This document shows positions 35,826 to 47,400 of a stretch of 64,000 nucleotides of DNA, piece after piece. Position 1 is the stretch's first letter. Each line of letters begins with the position of its first letter. Source of the DNA: Raillietiella orientalis (Eukaryota); contig JAYWIR010000031.1 in NCBI GenBank assembly GCA_036172245.1, positions 248,001-312,000 on the forward strand. Reading direction: 5' to 3'. Below the pieces are notes generated by a model. That model made no database searches. It saw only the letters and a list, made by a program, of their open reading frames with translations, and had not been told where the DNA came from. Position numbers and translations under genes: made by a program.

Positions 35826-38412
35826 TGTGTGGGCGCTTGAAGTTTGCGGTGTGTCACTCATGCACCGGGGGTGGCTGACACTACCTCCGATGCACACCTG
35901 ACACGGCAAAGGAGGACTTCCGTGGCTGAGTGTGCCACATCAAAGGCGGCCGTTCGAACAGGTGTCGTGCGACTACCGTGCTCAGTCGGTGCATTTGCTT
36001 TCTTCTTGTGTGTGTGTTTCTTTCCGTACAGATTTTTTCTCATAACACCCAAGATGATCCCACCAGAGTGCATTCACTGACTGTTTTCCGCGCAGATGGG
36101 GCTCTATCCTGTTTGTTGGAATATTGTCCCAATGGACTGCATCGGTATTCCCATACACCTAGGAAAAGGAAAGCAGGCAAGCGGCAGTCAGCTCAGGTAG
36201 CTCAAGATCCGAACTCCATCCTCGTTGCAGGGCGCAGCGCTGTCGTGTTGGACACTTACGCGAAACCGCCCAGGAAACGTTCCCACGTGGATTCCAAGGA
36301 AGTTTATGAAGATCAATGTGATTTATAGATTGTGTCCACACGGTTTGCTTACGAACGAACACCAGAAAAAAAGTTCATATCTAACCCACGGTTCCATGCA
36401 ACAGCACTTTCACCTGTAGCGTTTTGAGATAGGAAACACTGAGTGCACCATGAACCGGAGCGGAGGCTCCGATGGCAACGACGGTGCAAACCGCCAGTTC
36501 AGTCGGTCTTCGAGCGCCAGAGCTCTATTCGTAAGTTCGAAATGCCGACAGCAAACTTTTTTGTGCGCGTCTTCCAGCCTTGCATCCTCGCCGGTACCTC
36601 TCGACATTAGAGTTCTTATCTACCAAGCCATGCTCAAGTCCATCGGCAATACTTGAGCCCATGGGTGTCGTCAAATCTCATCTCATGCTTCTTGGTATGT
36701 TCTGTGCAAAGTCCAACGGAGGTCAAGGGTTCGGGAGGGCTAGCATCATCTTTCGGCGTTGTGGTGATGGAGAATCCTTCGAAGTTATCTGGAATACGAC
36801 CCAAGGCTACTTCTATTTCGGACCCATCTTCGCAAACACTCCCTCTCCACGGTTTTGCGGAACAGGTGGATTTATGCGAAGTTTCGGGAAGAAAGGTTGT
36901 TTGCCGATGGCACCCAGCTGGTCAGAAAAGATCCATTTGGCACTTCACACTCGACTGGAAATTTTTCTTTCCTTGGTTCGTTTTGGTGAAAGGAACATTC
37001 TTGGTGCGCACTGCATTCGACCCGAGCGTTTTTACGCATTGCTGAATGGCCCCAAATACGCCGAATGTTCCCATCCGACACATTCGAATTCTTCCCACCA
37101 TAGCAAACTGGAACGATTGAAGCGATTGTTTTTTTGAAAAGAGGCCGAAGTCATCATTTGCCATTGCCACTACCGACAGCTTGGGCGTAAGCTGGCCACA
37201 AACTCACAAGCCGAAGAATAGCTCGGTCTTTCAGAGATTCCAGTGTTTCCACTCAAGCTGCAAAGAAACGACGTCGCCGGAAGGGGGGGAAAAGAAGCTT
37301 CTCTGGCTTCTTGTGCAATAGTGACGATCGGCCATAATCACTTTGAATCAGTTTCCGTGGAAAACTGCAACTAGCCCCCAAAACAGATGACTTTTTGCTA
37401 TTTTCACTGGAGCTGATGCATCATTTCTTTCCTTAATGGTGGTTGAAGATCTTAAAGGCATTGGAAAAAGAGTCACTGTTCGTTATGTCGCTAGCTGTTA
37501 GAATGTTACGCCTCAGGCGTAAGCTATTTCTTTTTCATTTATCCCACTCACAGTTTTCCTCTGTCTCTTTAGGAAAAATGTCTAATCTCAAGTGTCCTGA
37601 GAGATAAAGGAAGACTTTGTTTGCTCATTCGGTGAAAAGAGTAGCCTCATGTGACGTTCTGTTAAATACTTCGGATGATTAGTCAAACATCTGAAGTAAC
37701 AGAACATAGATAATTGACCAGTAATTCCCAGCAGTCAACTTTTCCCAAACGTGGAAGCAGGTGCAAGAAATTGAAGCATCAGTCCCAAGAATTTTGGACA
37801 CACTGTACACATTTCCGTGTATACCTTCAGTAATGTTTATTTGGATCAGTATAAGTAGATTTTCCTGTTAGGCATGTTAATTATCTGGTCGCTCCGAATA
37901 CCCTTTTGGATGAAAAGGACCTGGAGTGGTGCGTGGATATTTTTAAACTGGTTCAGACGAGCAAACGCACAACCGAGTCCTACAGTCCTCGCTCCTTTTG
38001 CAATCAGTCATTATTTGTTTACTCTACAGCTTTATCCCAAGTACGAGATTCCAAAGTCCGTAGTGTATGTGTTAGGCGCGCCAAAGTCCGCCTGTGAGTC
38101 CGGGGCAGGAACACTCCCGAAGCTGAGATACATCGGCTTGGAAAGTCGATATACCGATGACGCAATGAGGAAGAAACATATCTTCCCATAAACTCTGTTC
38201 CGATACTCAGCCAGTAATGTATGCGGTCTTTTGTTGGTCCGGAGAACTGTAGAATTCATGTGGAGAGTTTGTTGAAAAAATAGAGTAAGCCTTTCCTTCG
38301 GTGGAAAAGGAAACCAAAAAAGCTGGCACTGAAAACTGTGTTTCCCCAAATGTTCTTTCACACTTTTTTTCGTGACAAATCAAAAGTTCCACAACGTAGC
38401 AATATATTTTCA

Positions 38413-38704
38413 TCAGACAGTAGGGATCGACTGCTGAGAATTCGAAGACTTTGGTTTGTATAAAGCGTGAGTTCCATCACCCTTTTGCTCTGCACAACGA
38501 GATATCATACTCGAGGCAGTCGTTCGCAAATCGTAAGCCCACCCGATTTTGGCGAAAAGGTCAATGAATCCGGTCGTAATGTTAAGAGCATAGCTGCCCA
38601 ACTCCGCAGTTTTATAGTCCCAAGGAAAACAGTGATGATAATTATGCCACCCTTCTCCTATGGCACAAATGGCAACTCCATAATTTTCCGATGGATTGAT
38701 GTAT
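38413..38704 (-). CDS. SCD: Desaturase coding exon 5 (His box 3, stop)
   Basis: tttcag acceptor, YINPSEN...GEGWHNYHHCFPWDYKTAELG...IGWAYDL...GDG, TGA at 38415-38413. Confidence 0.96.
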
Positions 38705-41700
38705 CTGAAAAGGAAACAAAATAACGTTCTGCATGCAAATTTCGTACCTTAGAACGACATGGTTAGTAACAGAGTTTATGCTAACACAGTCGATCCGCTT
38801 CATTCCCATCATTCTGAATCCGATGAGGCAACAAACTAGAGGCAGTGAGTGATGGTATGACATACAGCCTTTTTTTTTTTTTTTTTTAAAAAAAAAAGAA
38901 AAAAAGAAAATGACATTCGCAAGGGTCTTCCCCCTTCCCCCCAGATCTGCTTTTGCCTTTCGTGATCCAAACCTAATGGAGAAGCGTGCATCAAACAAAC
39001 GCAAGTGAAGCAGTGGAATAACGTGTGACGGGTTCACGGGATCGGAAGGCTGCCGGATGGAAAGCACGAGAACCTCCCTGCAACAGCGGTTCGAGGAGAT
39101 CATGCACATCAGCCTGGGAGACGGATGGTACTTTGCATCCGCCGCTTCTTGTGCAGCAGACGGGTGTCTTTCAACAGGACTCGGAAACGGCTGACCAGAA
39201 CGATGCAGACCCAAAAGATGTAGGGCCACAGGGGCAAGACGCCGCGAAAATCCGAAATCAACAGATGCCAAGGTGGATCAAGCGTTGGGTCACGGATGAA
39301 ATTAGCGAGTGTGACCCGAATGCATGGTGCGGAACGCGAAGGGGTTTTTCGTTCTGCTACTTCTTCAATGTGTGGAATTTCACCGATGTCTTGGAGAGAA
39401 TTTCCATTTTCCGCCGGAGAGCGTCTCGCACGATGCACTTACACTTCGTGTTTCGTGCACCGCACCGAACGCACGCAAAGTTGGCCCATTCGGTGGCGAC
39501 TGCGCCCGCCACAGCTATTTATGGTTGCCGCAGAGGAGAGCTCGGCAGAAAACAACGCACGATGATGAGGCGCAACTCTCAAGCGCTGGCGCAGCAAAAA
39601 CACCCACCGTCGCTGGATGGTGGTTGGTTTTCCCGCTATTATTCTACTACTTCTTGAAAGGAGAAGTTGATGAAACTTGTAGCTGATAGAAAGAGGGGTT
39701 TGAAATACGAGGTAATAAGAAACTTCAAGAGCGCGGTTTCCTGAACAAAAAAGGCGACAAACGGGGACGTCTTTTGCCCGAGCAAAGCTATGCTTCACTT
39801 CCGTCCGTAAAGTGTCGACAAGTGATAGGATCCTTCTAATACGGAATCTCTTGAGCAGCGCTGAGAAAGAAAACCGACACCACTTTTGCGAGACGGAGAT
39901 GGGGAGGGCCATACTGGGAATGATGGTAACAACAGCCAGCATCACTTTTCCCTTCAATGAAAGCAAAAGGCCGTCTGGCGATCGGGCCAAGAGGTCTTTT
40001 TTTTCCATGGTTTACAAAGAGAACGACGCGCTTTCTTTCCTCAACTTCGAGGAAAAGCTCGACCTCCGTGTTGCACTGCTGACTGGCTGAGTACAAAACC
40101 AGGAAAGCGTGGGACGAAATGAATTCGTCGGCTCCATCAGTCCGTTAAACTATTTAGAGGAATTGGGTAAGGAAAAACGAAAAATGCCGACTGAATGAAG
40201 AATTCATCTTCATGGTTTGGTAATTTTATATGGAGTAATAGTGATGTTGAAATGAAGAGAAAGGTACCCAAGGGATAAAGGGATACCCTTTCCCAATACC
40301 TTTTGTGTCCACAGATAAAAAATAACTCTCGGTCAACTCGTGGAACTTTCTGGAACCTAGTGTTAGAAGCAATGTCTTGGCGATATCGTTTTTGATTTTG
40401 ACACTTTCATGATATTATCGTTTTTAATTGCATCCCAGTTGGTCCAGGGACTCCGATTCGAATGCAGCTGCGATCAGAAAATGCAGAGGCAGGATCTGAT
40501 GCATATACGTTATTCTAGAGCATATTCTTGTTTTCGGAAAATAACGGAACTACGTAAAAGGAATATTAGTAGGTGCACGTCACAGACTAAAAATAGAAAC
40601 GTATCAGAATAAGAAATGCTTTGGAAAAAGTGTTTTCGAATGCCACTCTGGCATTTCTTGTGCAGGAACGGCAAGCACTGGGAAAATTAACAAAAGGCAC
40701 TGGAACACGTACAAATGACGTCCCTTAAAAATGACAAATTTCTAACGGCTTCACAACCATCAGTAGACAACCAAAGCAAGCATAAAGTGATCCAAAAGAT
40801 TTTTGAAATCGGAAAGTTTAAGAAAATGAGAAATTATTACGATGACGGCTAAAAAAAAGAAAAAAAAAAAAAATAAGGGGAAACGAAAGTGCACAGTTGA
40901 ATGCAAATCTAATCTTTATTGAATGTTTAGAATAGAAATTACACGTTGATAGAAAGAGGGAAATGGAAAGCAACAGAGGGAGAGTGTGCTCTCTAGGGAT
41001 TCTTTTCACATGAAAAACACCACTACGAAACCATTTGATGTTTTTTTTTTTCTGTCAGCAATTTTGAAGCTAACATATGTGCACCAAATGTCAGAAGGTT
41101 TTCTTTCAGAGTTTTCCTACCACCTTCATATGGAATCACTTTTTTTAAAAAAACACATAGACACTTTATGAACGAGACGTGCCTTTTGGCCCTCCCATTA
41201 CCACCGAAATCTAAGTAGGAAAAACGCGAAAAAGATAAGGAAAGATTGAAATAAGGGAATAATGGGTTTAACGTTGTCTGTGTGTTATTGGGCTAGAAGG
41301 ATATATGGAATGCTGATGAGTGGATGGGTAAGAAATAATAACTATAGGTATGTTGGTGTAGTGCGTTCGGTAGCTCAAATGATTTCTTATGAGGTGTGTA
41401 TGATTATTGTATTAATAAGTGTAGTTATGTGTATGGGAAGGTACAAATTATAGCATAAAGTATAGGTGACTAAACTGGAATCCGATAAACTCACTTGAGT
41501 CTTCCACGCGACCACCCTTAGACAAGAAACGGAAGGAAAAATTTATATTCTGGTTGTGAGGTGTTTCTTTCGCACAAAGCTCTTAAGGAATTCGTTAGTT
41601 TTCGGAATCAACGTGCTCAGGAAATTTCGCCCTTTCAGAAGGCGCTTCCAACACGAGTTATTCCTTTTCGTGGCTGGATGTGATCCCTTTCTTACATCCA

Positions 41701-43375
41701 TCAAAAAAGCTGAGAGAGGTGGGAACACTGAATGAAGTTTACACACACATGTGTTATAAGTTTACGCAAGCGTACGTATGCGTATGCATATATGGCTTGG
41801 TCTTTGTGATGCACCAACGTGCACACCACCAACACACGCGAAGAGTTAACTACGAATTCCGTGTGTAAACGTGCACACACATGGAAGACAAACACGAATC
41901 AAATGCAAGAAGCCTTTCTGATTGCTAATGCAAGTCAGCTGTCGTGAATGCATGTTGAGCCGATTGCTAAGAACTGCGTTTCTTACACGCATGTGCGAGT
42001 TGCATCCCAGGTTAGGAAGAAGGGAAAAGCACAACAGGAAATAACAGGAAAAATCCGCCTCCCCCCCAGTGACAGATTACTCGGAGCCGTATCGGAAGTA
42101 AGCTCCTTCCGTAAACCTGCACCTAGGACGAAAACGGGAAAAGAGAAAAATGCACTTTGACAACAAGGGATTCGGTATCGACCAACATCACTCGGCAAGT
42201 TCGGGATGGAAGGTTTCATTTTCTGGCAGCATTCGTAAAGGCGAAAGCAATGTGAGATTCCGCTCGAATGAAGGAGCGGAGGCTTCTTCCTTCTAGCGGC
42301 AACTTCGCGTTTCCACGAAAACACGTACTATTGGAAAAGGGTGTGTACCTGGTTTTGCAAAAGGTCATATCTTACACGTACTATACAGAAATTTCCTGAC
42401 TGCTATTTTTTTTTTTTAAAAAAAAAAAAAGACAAAAGCAAACCACTGCTGTTCTATCTGGAAGGTTTCCTGGAGGAAAAAGATACGCTGCCTGAGACGT
42501 ACCTTGGCAACACCTTCGTCATTGTGCACATTTACGAATACAGTCGGAAAACGGAATCAACGAAGAAGTGCCGCCAACCGGTAGGCGACCCCTTGTAGTG
42601 AGGGCGGTTCTCGGCTGCATCGTTGCTCCGAGTGTGAATCCGTGCACGGCAACGCCCGTCCCCAACGGCCCCTTCCCTCCCCAATTAGACACACGTAACA
42701 ACAGGGCGCCTGCGCAACACGGGGTGGAACGCGGCAGGAAGTGGGGCACGCTTTCCGTTTCTCGCAAACGCAACTCATTTCCTGGCCCACCGAAGTCTCG
42801 GGAGTGAACGGGCAGAAAACAACGCGGAAAAATCTCTTTCCGGGTTCAGGCAATCGATTTGCCGCATCCGCAGAGAAATGCAGCAGCAGCAGCAGCACGC
42901 ACGTCGAGCTGAAAAAAGTAACTTACTTATTATAAGGTTTGTTTCCCCATAAGTGTGCAGCACTATTGACCAGCCATGTCATGTGAAGCGTGAGAACATA
43001 GCGGAAACAGAAACAGAAGTGGAATGACGTCTTCAAAGTTTCTCCCCACAGAGTAATGGGAGCGTACGTGGGGATAATTACTGACAACAGAACCACTAAT
43101 GGGAGATAATACCTGGAAACCCAGAAATTATCATAAATTCAACATTCATATTCAATTCTGGCAGTAGCAGTAAACATTTCATTGACAACAGAACAAACAT
43201 AATTGGCAACATACACGAAGTCTTATTTTTACTACAACTCTTCAAAGTTCATGAAATACGGGTGGGTTGTCTGTTAAAAGTAGAATTTCAGGAAACGACG
43301 TAACGAAAAGCTTTTACGTCACGATCTCGAGAGGGTCTCAAGTGAGTCAAGAAAACATTTTATCTCAGTTAATCT

Positions 43376-43410
<35 letters not shown>

Positions 43411-45500
43411 CCTCCTCCCCATGGAGAAAATAAGCCATGCTAATTAACAAAGTCGAGCTTTTTTTCTTCTTCTTCCTCTCTAATTCCAAGAAAGACAGTT
43501 TCGTAAAAAGGTTTTCTGCATTTAAGAAGAAAAAGTACTCGGATAAAATATCTACTTGGCCAAGATCATTCCGAAGGCACACGTGCAAGCAGATTCGAAA
43601 TCCGGGCAACGGGAGCGAAGATGGGGAGGGAGGCGGAGGTAACTTTCCGTGGGCGCGAGAGAAAAGGGGGCATCGAACGAAATGCGAGGACGCCGAGGAT
43701 GCAGGATCGCTGGGAACACGGAACGATCTCCTCGAAATGACGATCTTTTGCCTTTCTTTCTTTTCGTTTCTTTGCCTTTTCCTCTACGAGGTGTTTCGCC
43801 GAGGTGCCTGATCGTAAAATCGATCTCCCACTTGGTTTAGAAGGAAGACAATCGAAGATAGAAACGGGAGGGAATCCTACCATCGTAAACACGTACAAAA
43901 TCAATCTGAACACTCTGAAACATACACAACTACCTTCTCTGGAAAAAAACGACTGGATCTTCAAGAAGATCGTCTACAGACACAGTTCTTCCCTTTTTGA
44001 TAACATCTGGATGCTTCTTCTGAAGCAACCAGCCCATGTGAGCAAAAAAAAATCCTCTTTTGGCATTGTGAGGATCAGCATCTGTTTCGCTAAACTTATG
44101 ATGGACTCGATGATCCCTTGACCATTCGAATATGTCATTCTTCAGAAAAAAAAATACTTATAAGCTGTAAGAAAATGTGGAGCATAATTATGATGTAAAA
44201 TACAGGATTTATATTGCAAAAAATCGAAGGATTACCTGTAGGGCTATCGTATTAAATACACCAAGAATAATTCTTAGAGGTAGCTTGGCTTTATAGGATC
44301 TGTGAGACCACAGCCGATGTGCTCCAGCAGTGATTCCTAAGCCGCTGCATACCCCAAAAAATCCAACTAAAAGGGGAGAAAAAAAAAAAAAAAAAAAAAA
44401 AGGTTTCCTCACATTTTTTTTTTTTCAACCGGATTTCGATAATCTTGCCCTAATTTTTCGTCACATATCGCATTACGATCGTGCAAATGAAACTGAAATT
44501 GCAATCACAGTGCAATATGTTTGGCGTCGTTTCAGTAACATCATAAAGGGTTAAAGCAAAATACGGTGTGCGCAACAACGGTGGAAAAGAGAAATCGCTC
44601 TACAAAAAGCTTGCCGGAAATAAGAGCATGTGCGATTCTAAAATCTAAATTCATGTGCGCATCTGCCGCTGGATCCATCGGCTTTGTGGATTCACAGGGA
44701 ATCCCAGCACGTCCGGTTCCATCGTAAACAAGATGCACCCAGCATGAAAGCAGATGAAATGCGATTGAGATTCCGTACTGCGCGTCACTTGAAGATTCTT
44801 TCGAATTCACACGCCGAGTGAGGAAAACTGAAATGCACAAAACATTCGTAAAACAAAGGTTTCTCGTGGAAGCATACACCAAGATGGACGGAATCCGCCA
44901 CCGGCGGAAAAACTGTTCGGACAGATGCTTTACGGCTGCATGCATTCTTTCAGCACACACTTCCTATCGATCCTGCAGCCACCCAAAACCAAAAACCAAC
45001 GCAGCTGCAAATTCCGTTACTGAACAAAAGCTTTATAAAACGGACATGTAAATGGGAAACGTGTAAAACTCAGCACCGGGAGACGTTTCTCTAACAGAAA
45101 AGGCACAGCCTGCTGTGATGGTTACTTTCGGATGCAGGAAAATTGCATTACTGTTACGATAGTTATCTCCATCAACGTACGATTGACAAAACCACAGTAC
45201 ACACTTTTCATTGATCACAGAACAATATTGCTCACCCCAAAGCCAAGTTAAAGAGCATGCTTGCCAGATGCCAAGAATAAGACCGTACAGTGCTGCCAAG
45301 TGTAAATAGACAAAAACAATGATATTCCTCCAGACTAATTGAGGAGAAAAATGTTGGGATGCTTCGTTCTCTTGCACGTCTGTACTATTCTTCGATCCTT
45401 TGGATGGTTGCCTTCTGCGATGGACTTGCTGCTCTGCTGTGACATCTGCTTCACCAGCATTAAACTGTTCCATTTCACCTAATTCGTCCTTTGTAGACAT
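38413..45500 (-). CDS. SCD: Acyl-CoA delta-9 desaturase (SCD/FAT-5,6,7/desat family), 359 aa; join(45500-45236,44366-44236,44139-43934,43112-42927,38704-38413)
   Basis: Exons of 265+131+206+186+292 = 1080 nt splice in frame with GT-AG introns. Motifs VWRNI, HRLWSH, DHRVHHKFSETDADPHNAKRGFFF, TWLVNSAAHLWG, GEGWHNYHH, FPWDY. Confidence 0.96.
39000..39600 (-). mobile_element. Gypsy-type integrase remnant in desaturase intron 4
   Basis: DPPWHLLISDFRGVLPLWPYIFWVCIVLVSRF (~PW..+..DF.GPLP..Y.LV+VD.FS). Confidence 0.55.
40212..40293 (+). pseudogene. Possible NUMT, nad3-like N-terminal fragment
   Basis: G/T/A-rich. In the invertebrate mt code it reads GLVILYGVMVMLKWSESYPSDKGMPF (in-frame TGA and AGA/AGG), resembling ND3 just before the K..PFECG motif. 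Short and weak. Confidence 0.3.
41250..41470 (+). pseudogene. nad1: NUMT: mitochondrial NADH dehydrogenase subunit 1 fragment
   Basis: Invertebrate mt code: [31 protein letters not shown], matching the ND1 signature SGW.SN..Y...G..R.VAQ.ISYEV. C-poor mt-like composition. Confidence 0.9.
41480..42560 (+). mobile_element. LTR-retrotransposon integrase fragments in desaturase intron 4
   Basis: EGKIYILVVRCFF, PFLHP, RTIQKFPDC, GNTFVIVHIYEYSRKTE (integrase zinc-finger/core relics). Confidence 0.4.
42927..43112 (-). CDS. SCD: Desaturase coding exon 4
   Basis: ttccag acceptor, YYLPLVV...WGE...TWLVNSAAHLWGNKPYN, gtaagt donor. Absent from the ORF track. Confidence 0.96.
43934..44139 (-). CDS. SCD: Desaturase coding exon 3 (His box 2)
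   Basis: ctgaag acceptor, NDIFEWSRDHRVHHK...DPVVFFQR, AG|gtagt donor. Absent from the ORF track. Confidence 0.96.
44236..44366 (-). CDS. SCD: Desaturase coding exon 2 (His box 1)
   Basis: ttttag acceptor, GITAGAHRLWSHRSYKAKLPLR, CAG|gtaat donor. Confidence 0.96.
45236..45500 (-). CDS. SCD: Desaturase coding exon 1 (MSTKDE...LTWLW)
   Basis: ATG at 45500 preceded by acceptor-like tgcag|agaa; donor G|gtgag at 45235. The start codon is inferred. Confidence 0.85.
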
Positions 45501-47149
45501 TTCTCTGCATACAGCATTCAAACAAAAAGCAATCTGGAACAGAAACACTGAAAAGCACACTTTGCAACCAACCAAACAAAGGCTTATTGCTTCATCATGG
45601 GGGACAGTTACTAAACAGTGAATGCGAGCTCTCAGCATAGGGGTGCACCGCCGACCCATGTTTGCCAGCATCCCCGGAGAGAGAACGCCACACAGTTCGC
45701 GTTTCTGCTGCTGGGCGACCAGCATCCGATCAGCACCTCCTGATCAATTCGTTTTTACTTGGAAGCATTCTGCTTGCGTTGGTTCTGGCGTTTTGCCATG
45801 CCTGCAGCGGTACGGGGATGATTTCACTTGTAAATGAGACGAACTACGGGAACAAAACTCGGAAGAGTGTAAACAGTCGGGAGAAGGGACACTGCTTTAA
45901 TCGATCGCGCTCGTCGTGTGGGACGTGCTCGCTTCGGGGGTGGGGGCGGGCGCCGGAGGTGGAAACTGCGGCAGAACGGTGAGGGAAGGCAGGGGAGCGA
46001 GTACCGGGCAAAGTTAGGCAGGATCTACGATCTTGCGGGGGATTCTACGTCTTTGCTCAGCTCGGAAGCAGCGGACCCCAAGCGGAGATTTGATTCATCT
46101 TACGGGTTGCGAAATCCTCTGATCGCCTGCATGGGGTGACGACTACCGCACCTGCAGTTCTCCAAACGCACTGTTGGTTGTTCGCAAAGCGGCAGCAAAC
46201 AATCAGTGCAAACAATGCTTTTAGGGATAGCGCTGAAACAATCGACGCAGTGCTTTCCGGTCCAGTCCTTCATGGGATCCAGAGCCGATCTGTAAAACGG
46301 ATCATCCATGTTTTTTTTTTTTTTTTTTTTCTGTCCTCCCTGGATCAGTTTCGTGCCACCTCATCCCAGATCCGAAAACCCGTGGAGCCACATTTCTTTC
46401 GGCGCATCCATCTTGTTTCGCCGATTTTTCTTTTTCTTTTTTACTCGTTCAATGAACGCAGCAACGAACGAGGGCTACTCATCGCCAGGCACACGAGATT
46501 AAAAAGATGAGGATTCGCAAAACCAGGTTCAAGAAGACCGATCGGCTTCGTGCACATGCACATCAACCGGATGAATCCCGAATACACTGCTGCTGCTGCT
46601 GCCGTCCGCCAGAGATGGTAACGCTTTGCTGGCTTGGGGGAGTTCTTTTCGGAAAACGCATGCCGGCATTCGGGGAGGACAGGAGAGAAACACCTCAAAC
46701 CGCACTGATTTACGAAAAGCCTGCAGAGTGATACAGAAAACTCCCCATACTGAAAGCGAATTCCAATAAGCGGGAATCGTGCAGGAGAAGGACGAACTCT
46801 TCAGAGCGATGGGAACATCGAATAAGACTCTGTGCGGATTCGAATCGTGCACGTGGTGAGTTTAGGCGTTCAAAGTGGATATGCATTCGTTCCTGCTGGA
46901 GCAAAACTCAACATCTTGCTTGCTTGTTCTTGTTGCTTGTGGCGTTTCGTTTCGCCGGAAGAATGGGTGTAAAGTGTGGGTCCCGGAATTTTTCACAGGG
47001 GAGGGGGAGGGGGGGAGAGGGATGCCAATTCGATTTTCAGCTTCCATCGATTAATCGAGGGTACTTGCAGCCAGAGGAAGAGGAGAAAAATTTTCCATCG
47101 CGCTTACTGCGTTCACTCGACCTGAGACCGCGCGGTTTCTGCATGTGGT

Positions 47150-47400
47150 GAGCGAGATGGCAACAAACACACGAAAAAGAAAAAAGATGACGTCACACTG
47201 AATGGTCCATCGTACTTTCCGCTCGCACCTCCCAATCAGGGAAGTGATAAGCTCCTGACCGCTTTCTTGAAGTTTAGCCGACTGGCTCACGTCGTCTCGA
47301 AAGATCGACAAATAGATCGTGTATCCCGAAATTGGGTTGTAAACACCGAATTTCCGCAATGTTGATATCTCATATGGCATACGTCATGGCGAATCCATGA
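47150..47400 (-). mobile_element. Possible Mutator-like (MULE) transposase remnant
   Basis: LRKFGVYNPISGYT resembles, from memory, the YNPxSGxTxNxSE region of some invertebrate MULE-type transposases. Not verified by search. Confidence 0.3.

Larger units (their letters stand above)
30800..36600 (-). mobile_element. GC-rich BEL/Pao pol remnant (RT-RH-IN), interrupted by NUMT copy 2
   Basis: RT PRFETVLFGSHGSS and EQGSLQARSDW; RNase H VEHFVRGS and VASRVAPRRQ; integrase APRVTWELGGLF and VMSRNLSPFTY; correct domain order. Confidence 0.65.

Noticed and set aside
39025..39657. 210-aa plus-strand ORF as a nested intronic gene
   Set aside because: It is the antisense shadow of a Gypsy integrase relic on the minus strand.
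41262..41453. Functional small nuclear gene (63-aa ORF)
   Set aside because: Fits ND1 best under the invertebrate mitochondrial code, is a partial internal piece, and lies antisense in an intron.
45501..45725. N-terminal extension of the desaturase suggested by ORF 45033..45725
   Set aside because: Non-ATG start, contains a pyrimidine tract and splice acceptors, and has no desaturase similarity. The ORF tail below 45236 is intron read-through.
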